Part shown: positions 10,761 through 21,044 of the stretch, in pieces
Numbering within the stretch: position 1 is the stretch's first letter
How the letters are laid out: each line of letters begins with the position of its first letter
NCBI GenBank assembly: GCA_030431825.1
Contig: JAUIIJ010000003.1
Span: 108,084 to 172,083, forward strand
From: Alphaproteobacteria bacterium
GTDB lineage: Bacteria > Pseudomonadota > Alphaproteobacteria > Rhodobacterales > Rhodobacteraceae
Direction: 5' to 3'
DNA: 64,000 bases
Notes under the pieces: generated by a model
Told to the model about the DNA's origin: nothing
What the model saw: the letters and a program-made list of their open reading frames with translations, nothing else
Databases searched by the model: none
Position numbers and translations under genes: made by a program

Positions 10761-12215
10761 ATGCCCTTCACCCTCGCCATCGTGGGCCGCCCGAATGTGG
10801 GCAAGTCCACATTGTTCAACCGCCTTGTGGGCAAGCGTCTCGCGCTGGTTGACGACACGCCGGGCGTCACGCGCGATCTGCGCGAGGGCGAGGCGCGACT
10901 GGGTGATCTGCGGTTCACGGTGATCGACACCGCCGGGCTCGAGGACGCGACGGATGACAGCCTGCAGGGGCGGATGCGGCGCCTGACCGAACGGGCGGTG
11001 GGCATGGCCGACATCTGCCTTTTCATGATCGACGCGCGCACCGGGATCACGCCGACGGATCAGGTTTTTGCCGAGATCCTGAGAAAACGCAGCGCACATG
11101 TCATCCTCGCCGCGAACAAGGCAGAAGGCGCGGCAGCGGATGCCGGGGTGATCGAAGCCTACGCGCTTGGCCTTGGCGAGCCGATTCGGATGTCGGCGGA
11201 ACACAACGAGGGGCTTAACGACCTATATGCGCAGCTGATGCCGCTGGCGGATGGGTTTGCCGCACGTGCCGCGGCCGAGGCACCGGTCACGGATGTCGAG
11301 CTCGACGAATCCGGCGATGATATGGCGGTGCCGGTCCCGACGATGGACAAGCCGTTGCAGGTTGCGGTGGTCGGGAGACCGAACGCGGGCAAATCGACCC
11401 TTATCAACCGTATTCTCGGAGAAGACCGGCTGTTGACCGGGCCGGAGGCGGGAATCACCCGCGACGCGATCTCGCTGACCACCGAATGGGCCGGCACGCC
11501 GATGCGCATCTTTGACACCGCCGGTATGCGCAAAAAGGCCAAGGTGCAGGAAAAACTCGAGAAACTCTCGGTCAGCGACGGGCTGAGGGCGGTCAAGTTC
11601 GCGGAGATCGTGGTTGTGTTGCTGGACGCCCAGATCCCGTTCGAACAGCAGGACTTGCGCATTGCCGACCTTGCCGAACGCGAAGGCCGGGCGGTTGTCG
11701 TGGCGGTCAACAAATGGGACGCGGAAGAGAACAAGCAGGAAAAGCTGCGCGATCTGCGAGAGGCGTTCGAACGCCTGCTGCCGCAATTGCGCGGCGCGCC
11801 GCTGGTCACCGTCAGCGCGCTGACGGGCAGGGGGCTCGACCGGCTGCACGCCGCGATCCTGCGCGCGCATGAGGTCTGGAACCGTCGCGTGCCGACCGCT
11901 GCGCTGAACCGCTGGCTTGCGGGCATGCTCGAACAACACCCGCCGCCGGCCCCGCAGGGCAAGCGGATCAAGCTGCGCTACATGACCCAGGCCAAGACGC
12001 GGCCGCCGGGATTCGTGGTGATGTGTTCGCATCCCGACAAGATGCCGGCCAGCTATTCACGCTATCTGGTGAACGGCCTGCGCGAGGATTTCGACATGCC
12101 GGGCACGCCGATCCGATTGCATATGCGGGGACAGAGCGACCAGAACCCGTACAAGGGGCGCAAAAAGAGCGGCCCGAGCAAGCTGCGCAAGCATATTTCG
12201 GGTCGCAAGGCCTGA
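10761..12215 (+). CDS. der: Ribosome biogenesis GTPase Der (EngA)
   Basis: Two GTPase domains ([22 protein letters not shown] twice, NKAE/NKWD) plus KH-like C-terminus. Confidence 0.97.
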   Translation: MPFTLAIVGRPNVGKSTLFNRLVGKRLALVDDTPGVTRDLREGEARLGDLRFTVIDTAGLEDATDDSLQGRMRRLTERAVGMADICLFMIDARTGITPTDQVFAEILRKRSAHVILAANKAEGAAADAGVIEAYALGLGEPIRMSAEHNEGLNDLYAQLMPLADGFAARAAAEAPVTDVELDESGDDMAVPVPTMDKPLQVAVVGRPNAGKSTLINRILGEDRLLTGPEAGITRDAISLTTEWAGTPMRIFDTAGMRKKAKVQEKLEKLSVSDGLRAVKFAEIVVVLLDAQIPFEQQDLRIADLAEREGRAVVVAVNKWDAEENKQEKLRDLREAFERLLPQLRGAPLVTVSALTGRGLDRLHAAILRAHEVWNRRVPTAALNRWLAGMLEQHPPPAPQGKRIKLRYMTQAKTRPPGFVVMCSHPDKMPASYSRYLVNGLREDFDMPGTPIRLHMRGQSDQNPYKGRKKSGPSKLRKHISGRKA

Positions 12216-12236
12216 TGCGCTGACGGAAGGCAGAGG

Positions 12237-12343
12237 CTAAGGCGTTGCGCGACTGACTTGAAACATCTGGTATCGCTCAACGCGTTGAAATCCCTGATTT
12301 CAGGCAGCGTCGGGGGATTCAGGTTCATCGCGAAATGCTATAG
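12237..12343 (+). mobile_element. 107-bp MITE-like palindromic repeat, copy 1
   Basis: Imperfect terminal inverted repeats CTAAGGCGTTGCGCGACTGACTTGAAAC / rc CTATAGCATTTCGCGATGAACCTGAATC (19/28); internal palindromes TCAACGCGTTGA and TGAAATC-cct-GATTTCA; homologous to 15180-15286 and 27764-27834. Confidence 0.65.
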
Positions 12344-12438
12344 CTGCGCGCTCGGGATAAACGCGTGGGTTGAGCGTTTTCATTGTCGAAAGACCAGATA
12401 CGTGGTATTTTCCATGCATTTATCAAAGGTTTTTCATC

Positions 12439-13563
12439 ATGAAGCGTATAGCGGTTTTTTGCGACGGAACCTGGAATTCACCCAGCCGGCTCGACTGGAC
12501 CCATGTGGTCAATCTCTACAATGCGGTTGACCAGAAGCTGGATGTACAGATTGCCCATTACTTTCCCGGCGTGGGCACCGAAACATCGAATGCCGGATTC
12601 TTCGGCGGGCTGCTGAACCGGACCGGTGGCGGCGCGTTCGGTTGGGGGCTCGACCGCAATATCAAGCAGGCCTACGCCTATGTCTGCAAGGTCTATGAAC
12701 CGGGCGACGAGCTCCTGATCTTCGGGTTCTCGCGCGGTGCATATACCGCCCGGTCGCTGGCCGGAATGATTCGAAAATGCGGCATTCTGCAGGATTACAG
12801 TGGCCCCGCACTGAGTGCTGCGTTCAAACTCTACAAGAGCGCGGGAGAGGAAAATCGCCCGGATTCGCCCGGCATCATGGCCAGACGCAAGCAGATCTCC
12901 CCGCGTTTTGCCACGTCCGAAGCCGAGCGCAACGCGCGCAATGACGGCTCTGCTGTGGTCAGGATAAGCTATATCGGTGTGTGGGATACGGTCGGCTCGC
13001 TGGGCATTCCTCTGGCGCTGCTTGGCGGTATCGCGAGCCTCTGGAACCGGCGCTACGCGTTTCACGACACCGATCTGTCCAGCATGGTGACGAGTGCCCG
13101 GCATGCGCTGGCGCTGGATGAGCGGCGGGCCTTGTTCGAGCCTTCGCCGTGGAACAATCTGGATGACAGCGAGGCGGGCCCGGGTCTCAACAACGGCGAT
13201 ACCTCGGACAACCGGCCTTTTCAGCAACTCTGGTTCGTCGGCGATCATGGGATCGTCGGTGGCACCGGCGACAGCGCAAGCCTGTCCGCAATCACCTTGC
13301 AGTGGATTGCCGAAGGCGCACAGAAGGCGGGCCTGACCCTGCGGGCGGATGCCAATATTCCCGCGGTCCCGCCCAACCCGGTTGATGACGTGGCGGTCCT
13401 GCGCGACCCGTCGCCGATCTACAATATCTCGCCCGATCTTCTGGTCTGGCGGAACGGGCCCGAGAAACTTGCGGATGCATCGCCAACGGTGAAGCAACGC
13501 CTTGATGCGATGGGCGGCTATCGCCCGCTGAGCCTGAAGCGCCTGTTCCCGGACCTGTACTGA
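12439..13563 (+). CDS. DUF2235 (Tle1-like) alpha/beta-hydrolase / phospholipase-like protein
   Basis: KRIAVFCDGTWN start, GFSRGAYTARS nucleophile motif, GVWDTVGSLG, HALALDERR, WFVGDHGIVGG. Confidence 0.88.
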   Translation: MKRIAVFCDGTWNSPSRLDWTHVVNLYNAVDQKLDVQIAHYFPGVGTETSNAGFFGGLLNRTGGGAFGWGLDRNIKQAYAYVCKVYEPGDELLIFGFSRGAYTARSLAGMIRKCGILQDYSGPALSAAFKLYKSAGEENRPDSPGIMARRKQISPRFATSEAERNARNDGSAVVRISYIGVWDTVGSLGIPLALLGGIASLWNRRYAFHDTDLSSMVTSARHALALDERRALFEPSPWNNLDDSEAGPGLNNGDTSDNRPFQQLWFVGDHGIVGGTGDSASLSAITLQWIAEGAQKAGLTLRADANIPAVPPNPVDDVAVLRDPSPIYNISPDLLVWRNGPEKLADASPTVKQRLDAMGGYRPLSLKRLFPDLY

Positions 13564-13751
13564 CCCGAATTGCCGTTTTTCCGGTATTCGGACCAGACTT
13601 CTTGATTGCCCGTCGTACGGAATGCCAACCCCGCCGGTTTTTGCCATGCCGGTCGGTCGGGAAACCTGCCAATACGCGGATCTCAGGCAATTCCGCATAT
13701 TCCGCAGTCATTCCGGAAAACAGGTTATCCGGACCCGAGCCGTCGTTTCAA

Positions 13752-14900
13752 TCAACTGACACGGCTTTCCAGTTCAGCTGCCTCTGGCTGGTTTCGCTCT
13801 TCCTGAATGAAATGCGCGCTCTTGAGCAATCTTTCAATCAGGCGCTTTGCTTTCTTTCCCTCTGCAACGGGGCGTGCCGGTTGTTGATCGAATGAGCGGT
13901 ATTTTTCCGGAATGGGCATTCCTTCACGGTCTGTAAACAGGCCTTGCCTGAGAAGGTCCCGCGAAAAGCTGCAAAGGAGCATGCTTTCAACATGCATCCC
14001 ATCGACCTCCAGGATTTCGTGATTTTCAAACAAGAGATGGATATAGGTGACAGCGTCCCGGGGCGCGTCGGCGGCGATACCGTCAACAGCGCACAGCTTC
14101 TTGGCGGCGACAAGAACTTCTTCGTTGTCGAACATGCGCCTGGCCACGATTGAACGAACGACAACCCGGTGCTGCGGAGAGAGGGTAACGTCTGATTTCG
14201 GACTGTCGGGTGCAAGCGCATTCGCGCCAATCCGGATCGGCAATTGATTTGGGTTCCTGACCAGCTCCGCAGGAGTGACGTGGCGCTCGCCTATCCAGAG
14301 AACAGGTTGATAGCCATTGTCCAGCGTCCAGACCAGATCGCCGATTTCAAGTTCGTGGGCCGGAACCTTGCCACGTATGGTTTCGACGTTGCAGGTTTCG
14401 GTCAGGCAGAGAACCGCATCGCCGGGGGTCAGGGTATTGATCGTCAGGTTCCCCAGGATGTCCCATTGATAGCTCTCTCCGGGTGCAAGATCCCTAAAGT
14501 CCATCATGGCCGTGGATGTCGCGTCTGCGGCGGCCCCTTGGGTGGGGACAATCGGGGACAATGAGGCGGGACTGAAAAAGTCCAGAACACCCCCATCTGG
14601 GGAGGTGTCGGTCAGGGCAATTCCACTGCCTTCATTGAAATCGCTGGTGCTGCTCTTCAATCCGACGGGAATAACGTAAATTGTGTAAAACGCATTGTTT
14701 GGATCGGGCGTGCCGGTCAAATCTGAAAGTGTGACTTCGCCACCGGGAATTCCCGCATTTGTGTGCAGCACCCCGTTATGCCGGTAAACGCTGACAACAA
14801 AATCAGCCGGATCTTCATCTGGACCAAGCACGACTTCGACGTATTCGCCGCGATTGGCACCTCCGCCGCCTCTGAAGTTGAGTTCAGAAATGAATGCCAT
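13752..14900 (-). CDS. Hint (Hint_2/BIL-type) domain protein with lamin-tail-like N-terminal domain
   Basis: L-C start of Hint (VLCLTETCNVETIRG), LEIGDLVWTLDNGYQPVLWIG, LSPQHRV, YIHLLFENHEIL; N-terminal FISELNF..EYVEV. Confidence 0.85.
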   Translation of the reverse strand: MAFISELNFRGGGGANRGEYVEVVLGPDEDPADFVVSVYRHNGVLHTNAGIPGGEVTLSDLTGTPDPNNAFYTIYVIPVGLKSSTSDFNEGSGIALTDTSPDGGVLDFFSPASLSPIVPTQGAAADATSTAMMDFRDLAPGESYQWDILGNLTINTLTPGDAVLCLTETCNVETIRGKVPAHELEIGDLVWTLDNGYQPVLWIGERHVTPAELVRNPNQLPIRIGANALAPDSPKSDVTLSPQHRVVVRSIVARRMFDNEEVLVAAKKLCAVDGIAADAPRDAVTYIHLLFENHEILEVDGMHVESMLLCSFSRDLLRQGLFTDREGMPIPEKYRSFDQQPARPVAEGKKAKRLIERLLKSAHFIQEERNQPEAAELESRVS

Positions 14901-15179
14901 GAGCGTTATTCACATTCCATATATTCAATATTGATTAAATACTGAGCGAATGTGGCCATCCTGTGAAGTGCGCCTTTTGTCTCAATCGGAAAGACACGGG
15001 CCGGACCGACCGCAGCGATGGGTTTGACGGGTCATTTGTCCATGAAGCGGGCAGGGTGACGCATCGGAAAACCGGTTTCAACGTAAGGGCGAGCAAGGCG
15101 CAAATATGCGAACGTCCGGAATGACCGATCGGACAACACCCAAGCTCGGCCAATTTCCGCCAATGCCGATTCTGACGTG

Positions 15180-15286
15180 AAAACGCGATCCGGGGCAAGC
15201 CTGCATCATCCAATGGGGCCTGAAATCAAGTGTTTCAACGCGTTAGACGATACCGGATATGACAATTCAATCGCGAAACGCGCTAT
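15180..15286 (-). mobile_element. MITE-like repeat, copy 2 (inverted relative to copy 1)
   Basis: 15218-15281 matches the reverse complement of 12242-12305 at 51/64 nt without gaps; the remaining 38 nt match 19/38. Confidence 0.65.
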
Positions 15287-15383
15287 ACCATTGAAGATCG
15301 GCGCGAATATTGACAGGAATAGGACAGCGACTCCCGTCGTTTTGCCGTGCAATCGGCCGACCGTCACGTCTCGGGTAGATGAC

Positions 15384-16379
15384 ATGAATTTGCGAGAACA
15401 CACGCGGAAATACTGCGACAAGGACAACCGTATCGCGAGCCTCAGCTTCTTTGGCACTTTCGCGGTCTATTTCATCTCGCTCTGGCTGGCGATCAGCCAG
15501 TCCGGCCATTGGTATATCCTGATTCCGGCGATGATCGTGCATGCGTTCTCGGCGGTGCGCCTTTACGTGCTGCAACATGACACGGGGCATCACTCGCTGT
15601 TTGCGACGCGCGGGCAGAATGAACTGGCGGGCCATGTGCTGTCGCCCTTTACCTTCGCGCCGTTCGAGGTGATGAAACAGAATCACAACCTGCACCATGC
15701 CGGTGTGGGAAATCTGGATCATCGCGAAACCGGCGAGATTCATACCATGACCCTGCGCGAGTGGAATGAGGCGGGGTTCTGGACGCGGCTGCAATACCGG
15801 CTGTATCGCAATCCTTTCATCCTGGTGCCGGCGGGCGCTCTGTTTACCTATTTCATCCGCTATCGCTGGCCCAAGAATACCATGAGATTTGGCTGGAAAG
15901 GGGTGGTTCTGCACAATGTCGCGGTTCTGGCATGGGTCGGACTGATCTACCTGCTCGCAGGCTGGCACGGGCTTGGTATCTACTTTGCGGCCTCGATGCT
16001 GGGCGGAATGCTGGGCGTGTTCCTTGTCTATCTGCAGCATAATTTCGAGGACACCTACTGGGATCGCCGCCCGGATCTCGATCCGCAGATTGCCGCCATC
16101 CAGGGGTCATCCTGTCTCGATTTCGGGGCGTGGTTCGATCATGCGGTCGCCTGCATCACCCTGCACGACATTCATCACCTGAATTCCCGGATCCCCTCCT
16201 ACCGCCTGCGCGCCTGCCACTACAGCCTGCCCGACGATGTCGCCCCGCGTCGCATCGGATTTCTCGAGGCTGTTGCGGCGCTGAACCTCAAGCTGTGGGA
16301 TGAGGAGCAGGGCCGTCTGGTGCCGTTTCCGCCGGCCGATCAACGGGCTGGCCGGGCTGCGGATTCGGCCACCGGCTGA
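15384..16379 (+). CDS. Membrane fatty acid desaturase
   Basis: Three His boxes HDTGH, HNLHH, HDIHH; TM segments; LKLWDEE tail. Confidence 0.9.
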   Translation: MNLREHTRKYCDKDNRIASLSFFGTFAVYFISLWLAISQSGHWYILIPAMIVHAFSAVRLYVLQHDTGHHSLFATRGQNELAGHVLSPFTFAPFEVMKQNHNLHHAGVGNLDHRETGEIHTMTLREWNEAGFWTRLQYRLYRNPFILVPAGALFTYFIRYRWPKNTMRFGWKGVVLHNVAVLAWVGLIYLLAGWHGLGIYFAASMLGGMLGVFLVYLQHNFEDTYWDRRPDLDPQIAAIQGSSCLDFGAWFDHAVACITLHDIHHLNSRIPSYRLRACHYSLPDDVAPRRIGFLEAVAALNLKLWDEEQGRLVPFPPADQRAGRAADSATG

Positions 16380-16405
16380 GCGGTGCGTACAGGGGACCGA
16401 TCGAC

Positions 16406-16789
16406 TTGACACAGCACGACACCAATACCGCCAATGCGATCGCCTTTTACGATCTGATGTTCAACCAATGCAGACCGCGCGAGGCGATCGACCGGTATGC
16501 GGGCGAGGTCTATATCCAGCACAACCCGCATGTGGCGGATGGCAAGGAGGCGTTCATCGACTATTTCGAGCGTATGGCCGCCGAATATCCGGGCAAGCAC
16601 GTGCGCTTTGTCCGGACGGTGGCGGAGAACGATCTCGTTGTGCTGCATTGTCATCAAACCTGGCCGGGCAGTGACGACTATGCCGGAATGGATATTTTCC
16701 GGTTCGATCCGCAGGGCAGGATCGTCGAGCACTGGGACGTGCTGCAGGTCATCGGCGAGTCATCGCAGAACGACAACGGGTTGTTCTGA
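16406..16789 (+). CDS. SnoaL/NTF2-like family protein
   Basis: YIQHNPHVADG, DIFRFD..GRIVEHWDVLQ motifs; TTG start. Confidence 0.85.
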   Translation: MTQHDTNTANAIAFYDLMFNQCRPREAIDRYAGEVYIQHNPHVADGKEAFIDYFERMAAEYPGKHVRFVRTVAENDLVVLHCHQTWPGSDDYAGMDIFRFDPQGRIVEHWDVLQVIGESSQNDNGLF

Positions 16790-16824
16790 CGTTCCTCTGG
16801 CAAGCTCTGCCGGCGTTCCGGCTG

Positions 16825-17541
16825 TTATGCGCGCCGTGACGCCGCCAGAGTCACGCCCGCAACGAGGCCTGCTCCGGTTGCCGCCAGCCATGTCACCACG
16901 GTGGCATCGTCCCAGCCCGCAACCGTGATCGCGATCAGCGCCCAGACCACGGAGAACCCGAATTCGGGGAAGTTCCCGGCAAATCGAAGGGTCGCCACAG
17001 ACAGCGCGAGCGCCAGCAGCAGGGCGAGGATCGCCGCAGTCGTCTGTCCGGTAATCCCGTATCCCGCCAGAACCAGGCCGACGGATACGCAACTGGCCGC
17101 GGTCAGCCAGCCGGCGTAAAGCCCGACAGGGGCGCGTGCGAGCAAGCGGTCGTGTTCCGGCGTGCGCAGCAAGGCCACCATCGCCGTGGCCCACATGATC
17201 CAGATCAGCGCGGTGGCGCCGAGCGGGCTGACCATCGCCACCGGCAACCAGGCGGCGCCAATTCCCACCGACAGGGCGAGGGCAGGGCGCATGGGCATCC
17301 AGTCGGCCGCGCGCGCCCGTGCGAACAGCCCGAAACCGGCGCTGACCAGCAGCCAGAGATAGATCACGCCCCAGATGGCAAAGGCATAGCCCGCGGGCTG
17401 AACCGGGGCGTCGCGCTGGGGCACCGGGAACAGGTCGGGATCGAAGCCGCCGAAATCCGGCACCAGCAGGGGCGAGGTGACGAATGCCAGCGTCGTCGCG
17501 GCGACCAGCACCGCAGGCAGCAATGAGCGGCGTTTGATCAC
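16825..17541 (-). CDS. Multi-pass membrane protein (tryptophan-rich sensory / TspO-like family)
   Basis: [16 protein letters not shown] motif; several hydrophobic helices; ATGA overlap with the serS stop. Confidence 0.6.
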   Translation of the reverse strand: MIKRRSLLPAVLVAATTLAFVTSPLLVPDFGGFDPDLFPVPQRDAPVQPAGYAFAIWGVIYLWLLVSAGFGLFARARAADWMPMRPALALSVGIGAAWLPVAMVSPLGATALIWIMWATAMVALLRTPEHDRLLARAPVGLYAGWLTAASCVSVGLVLAGYGITGQTTAAILALLLALALSVATLRFAGNFPEFGFSVVWALIAITVAGWDDATVVTWLAATGAGLVAGVTLAASRRA

Positions 17542-18830
17542 GTCAGCGCACCGTCTGCCGAGAGCCGGCGGCGACCGCCCAGATAGGGCGCAAGCACGTC
17601 GGGCAGGTCCACCGATCCATCCGCCTGCTGGCCGTTCTCAAGCACGGCGATCAGGCAGCGCCCCACCGCCAACCCGGACCCGTTGAGCGTATGCAGGAAC
17701 TCGGGCTTGCCGCCGCCCTCGGGACGGAACCGTGCGTTCATGCGACGCGCCTGGAAATCACCGGTGGTCGAGACCGACGAAATCTCGCGATAGGCATTCT
17801 GACCGGGCAACCACGCCTCGATGTCATAGGTGCGCCGCGCGCCAAAGCCCATGTCGCCCGTACACAGGATCACCGTGCGATAGGGCACCCCCAACCGTTC
17901 CAGCAGATCCTCGGCACAGCGCAGCATGCGCTTCTGCTCGGCATCGCTGTCGTCCGGATGGGTGACCGACACCATCTCGACCTTCTCGAACTGGTGCTGG
18001 CGCAACATCCCCGCCGTATCCTTGCCGGCGCTCCCGGCTTCGCTGCGGAAACACAGGGTATGCGCGGTCATCCGGATCGGCAGGGCGGCGGCCTCGAGTA
18101 TCTCGTCCGCGACCGTATAGGTCAGCGGCACCTCGGACGTGGGCACCAGCCACCAGCCGTTGGTGGTCTGATAGCTGTCTTCGCCGAATTTCGGCAGCTT
18201 GTCGGTGCCATACATCGCCTCGTCGCGCACCAGCACGGGCGAGTTCATCTCGGTCAGCGCGTTCTCGTCCACATGGGTGTCGATCATGAACTGGGCCAGC
18301 GCGCGGTGAATCCGCGCGACCGCCCCCTTGAGCATCACGAAGCGGCTGCCCGAGATCTTGGCGGCAAGCTCGAAATCCATCGACGCGGCGACGCCGGCGA
18401 TCTCGAAATGCTCCCTGGGGTCAAAATCGAAGCTGCGCGGTTCGCCCCAGCGGTTCACCTCGACATTGTCGTTTTCATCCGCCCCGTCCGGCACATCGTC
18501 CGCCGGGGTGTTGGCGATCCGGGCCAGCTGATCGGTCAGCTGCGCATCCAGCTCCTTGGCCTCGGCCTGCATCGCGGCCACCTCGGCCTTTTTCTCGGCG
18601 ACCAGCGCGCGCAGCCGTTCGAACTCGGTCTCATCGCCCTTGGCCTTGGCCGCACCGACCAGCTTGGACGCCTTGTTCTGCTCGGCCTGCGCCGCCTCGC
18701 TGGCCTGAATCTTGCTCCGCCGCGCGGCGTCAAGTTCGAGCAATGCCGCCGACACCGGCGCATCCCCCCGCCGCGCAAGCGCCGCGTCAAGAGCCTCGGG
18801 ATTTTCGCGAATGGCGCGGATGTCGTGCAT
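17538..18830 (-). CDS. serS: Serine--tRNA ligase
   Basis: [10 protein letters not shown] start, coiled-coil arm, [27 protein letters not shown]. Confidence 0.97.
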   Translation of the reverse strand: MHDIRAIRENPEALDAALARRGDAPVSAALLELDAARRSKIQASEAAQAEQNKASKLVGAAKAKGDETEFERLRALVAEKKAEVAAMQAEAKELDAQLTDQLARIANTPADDVPDGADENDNVEVNRWGEPRSFDFDPREHFEIAGVAASMDFELAAKISGSRFVMLKGAVARIHRALAQFMIDTHVDENALTEMNSPVLVRDEAMYGTDKLPKFGEDSYQTTNGWWLVPTSEVPLTYTVADEILEAAALPIRMTAHTLCFRSEAGSAGKDTAGMLRQHQFEKVEMVSVTHPDDSDAEQKRMLRCAEDLLERLGVPYRTVILCTGDMGFGARRTYDIEAWLPGQNAYREISSVSTTGDFQARRMNARFRPEGGGKPEFLHTLNGSGLAVGRCLIAVLENGQQADGSVDLPDVLAPYLGGRRRLSADGALT

Positions 18831-18865
18831 GGGTCTGTCCTTGATCCTGCGAGTCGTTTGACGCG

Positions 18866-20482
18866 TTATGCCTCATCATCCCGCGCTGTGGTAGAGGACG
18901 CTTCACCCAGAGGCGCATCCCACGTTCGCGGGTCCTCGAGGTCGAAACCGATCTGTTTCTGCCACGCGCGCCACTGCTTCTTGAACAATAACCAAGCGTG
19001 CTCGTCGATCTCCGGCCAGTCCGGACGGGTCAGGCCCTCGGGCAAAATCACGGTCTGATCGCCAAACAGGGAATCGACCTGTTCCTGCGATATGCTAACA
19101 TCGCTAAAATCAACGGATCTCAGCGCCGCACCTCGAAGAGTAGCGGCGCTGAGATCCGTTGAAGCATCCATCCGCGCCTCCAGGAGGTCCGCCCCCTGCA
19201 TCCGCGCCCACCGGAGGGCCGCCCCCTGCATCTGCGCCCCCAGGAGGACCGCCCCCTGCATCTGCGCCTCGCTGAGGACCGCCCCCTGCATCTGCGCCTC
19301 GCTGAGGTCCGCCCCCTGCATCCGCGCCCCGCGGAGGTCCGCCCCCTGCATCCGCGCCTCCAGGAGGACCGCCCCCTGCATCCGCGCCCCGCTGAGGTCC
19401 GCCCCCTGCATCCGCGCCTCGACGAGGACCGCCCCCTGCATCCGCGCCTCCCGGAGGACCGCCCCCTGCATCTGCGCCTCCCGGAGGACCGCCCCCTGCA
19501 TCTGCGCCCCGCTGAGGTCCGCCCCCTGCATCCGCGCCCCGCTGAGGACCGTCCCCTGCATCTGCGCGTGATTGAAGCGGGCATTTTCGAATTGCCCCCG
19601 GATCATGTAGGCATTTTGCAGACAGGTGCTACGCAAATCCAATAGATAACCAATCCATTCGCCCTCTGAATTACGATGCCCTTCAATCGCGATTTGCCGG
19701 GTGCTTCTTCGGCCAAGCACGGTCAGGGCGACCTGAATGTCTTCCCGTGGTTTCCTGAGTTGCCGCGCCGAATCTACAATCTGGCGACGAGAGGGCATTG
19801 CTTCTATGTCGATATCATCGGCTGCAAAGGCTTCGCGCCAGTCTTTCGGAAACGGTTCAGCAAGTGTGTCAGGCGCATTCTGCCGGATATAGGCGCAGAG
19901 GATTTCCATCACCTGCACATGATCCCGATCACTGTCCTGCGCGATCCGCTCCAGTGCATAGATTGCACCGATCCTGACTTCCAGGTTTGGCCGCGTCCGG
20001 TTTGCAACTCCCCAATGGCCATACTCGATGTCAGTGGCACCCTCGGGTATCTCCGCGCCATCGTCGCGGCCTTCGAACGCGGTATGGGTGACATCTTCAA
20101 GAACATAGGTCACGTTCCGCCAGACCCTGCTCACGGTTTTTTCGGCGCCAAGCCCTTCGACCGCCTTGTTGATTCTTTCGGTGATGTGGCCCTGCTCGGC
20201 GACATCGACCTGTTTCTGCGCCACGATTGAGCGCCACACCAGAAAAGGTACGCCAACAACCGCCGCGACGGCGAGACCGGTATTCCGTATCACAACGCTT
20301 TGGGCTTCGTGGTCGCTCAATACGCCGACGCCGATAATGGCCTTGAAGAACGCGAAGAGCAGCAGCACGATGATCGCAACGATCGCCAGCGCAACAAGTT
20401 GGATGAGCCAGCGAATCCTGGAAAAATCGATGTCATCACTCAGCCCGAGCAGATCGCGGAGACTTGGTTTGTCGCGTTTCAC
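18866..20482 (-). CDS. Membrane-anchored pentapeptide repeat protein
   Basis: Two N-terminal TMs; [17 protein letters not shown] and [12 protein letters not shown] motifs; A(Q/R)MQG-A(V/D)Lxx repeats; GTG start. Confidence 0.85.
   Translation of the reverse strand: MKRDKPSLRDLLGLSDDIDFSRIRWLIQLVALAIVAIIVLLLFAFFKAIIGVGVLSDHEAQSVVIRNTGLAVAAVVGVPFLVWRSIVAQKQVDVAEQGHITERINKAVEGLGAEKTVSRVWRNVTYVLEDVTHTAFEGRDDGAEIPEGATDIEYGHWGVANRTRPNLEVRIGAIYALERIAQDSDRDHVQVMEILCAYIRQNAPDTLAEPFPKDWREAFAADDIDIEAMPSRRQIVDSARQLRKPREDIQVALTVLGRRSTRQIAIEGHRNSEGEWIGYLLDLRSTCLQNAYMIRGQFENARFNHAQMQGTVLSGARMQGADLSGAQMQGAVLREAQMQGAVLREARMQGAVLVEARMQGADLSGARMQGAVLLEARMQGADLRGARMQGADLSEAQMQGAVLSEAQMQGAVLLGAQMQGAALRWARMQGADLLEARMDASTDLSAATLRGAALRSVDFSDVSISQEQVDSLFGDQTVILPEGLTRPDWPEIDEHAWLLFKKQWRAWQKQIGFDLEDPRTWDAPLGEASSTTARDDEA
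19169..19567. repeat. Intragenic tandem repeat, 13 x 30 bp
   Basis: GCCCCCTGCA recurs every 30 nt from 19191 to 19551 (last copy GTCCCCTGCA). Confidence 0.95.
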
Positions 20483-20726
20483 AATTCGCTCCGCGTGAGG
20501 CAGGGACTACCGATTCCCGTCATGACGCCCTTTGATATCATGACGCTCCTGCGCATCACCACAAAAGTACCGGCCATGCAGTCCGCAGTCTTGCGGGAAT
20601 GCGCGAGCGCCGTGCCGCGCGGCTGTCAAAAACTGCGCATGCGCCGCCTTGCAAACGCGCGGTTCTGCGCATAGGTTCCGCCGACATCGCGGGCCGGGGT
20701 CCGCCCTTCAATCAAAGGAACATCTC

Positions 20727-21011
20727 ATGGATGGTGGCGCACTCGCCCAGTTTCTCCCGCTCATTCTGATCTTTGCGATCATGTATTTCCTGCTGATCCG
20801 TCCGCAGCAGAAAAAGGTCAAGCAGCATCAGGCCATGGTCGAGGCCGTCCGCCGGGGCGACCAGATCATCACCCAGGGCGGGCTGATCGGCAAGGTGGTC
20901 AAGGTCAAGGACGACAACGAGGTCGAGGTCGAACTGGCCGAGAACGTCAAGGTGCGCGTCGTCAAGTCGACCATCGCCAACGTCATAAGCAAGACCGAGC
21001 CCGCGAACTAG
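20727..21011 (+). CDS. yajC: Preprotein translocase subunit YajC
   Basis: MYFLLIRPQQKK, GDQIITQGGLIG; AAGGA RBS. Confidence 0.95.
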   Translation: MDGGALAQFLPLILIFAIMYFLLIRPQQKKVKQHQAMVEAVRRGDQIITQGGLIGKVVKVKDDNEVEVELAENVKVRVVKSTIANVISKTEPAN

Positions 21012-21044
21012 GTTCGCGTTTCATCCCTCGGAAAAGGCAGGGTC

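Noticed and set aside
19169-19567. CRISPR array or DGR variable region
   Set aside because: No unique spacers, the period is exactly 10 codons inside an ORF, and there is no cas or reverse transcriptase gene in the window
19092-19571. Plus-strand Cys-rich repeat ORF (APCIRA) and the alternative-frame GRGCR ORF
   Set aside because: Antisense and frame shadows of the pentapeptide repeat
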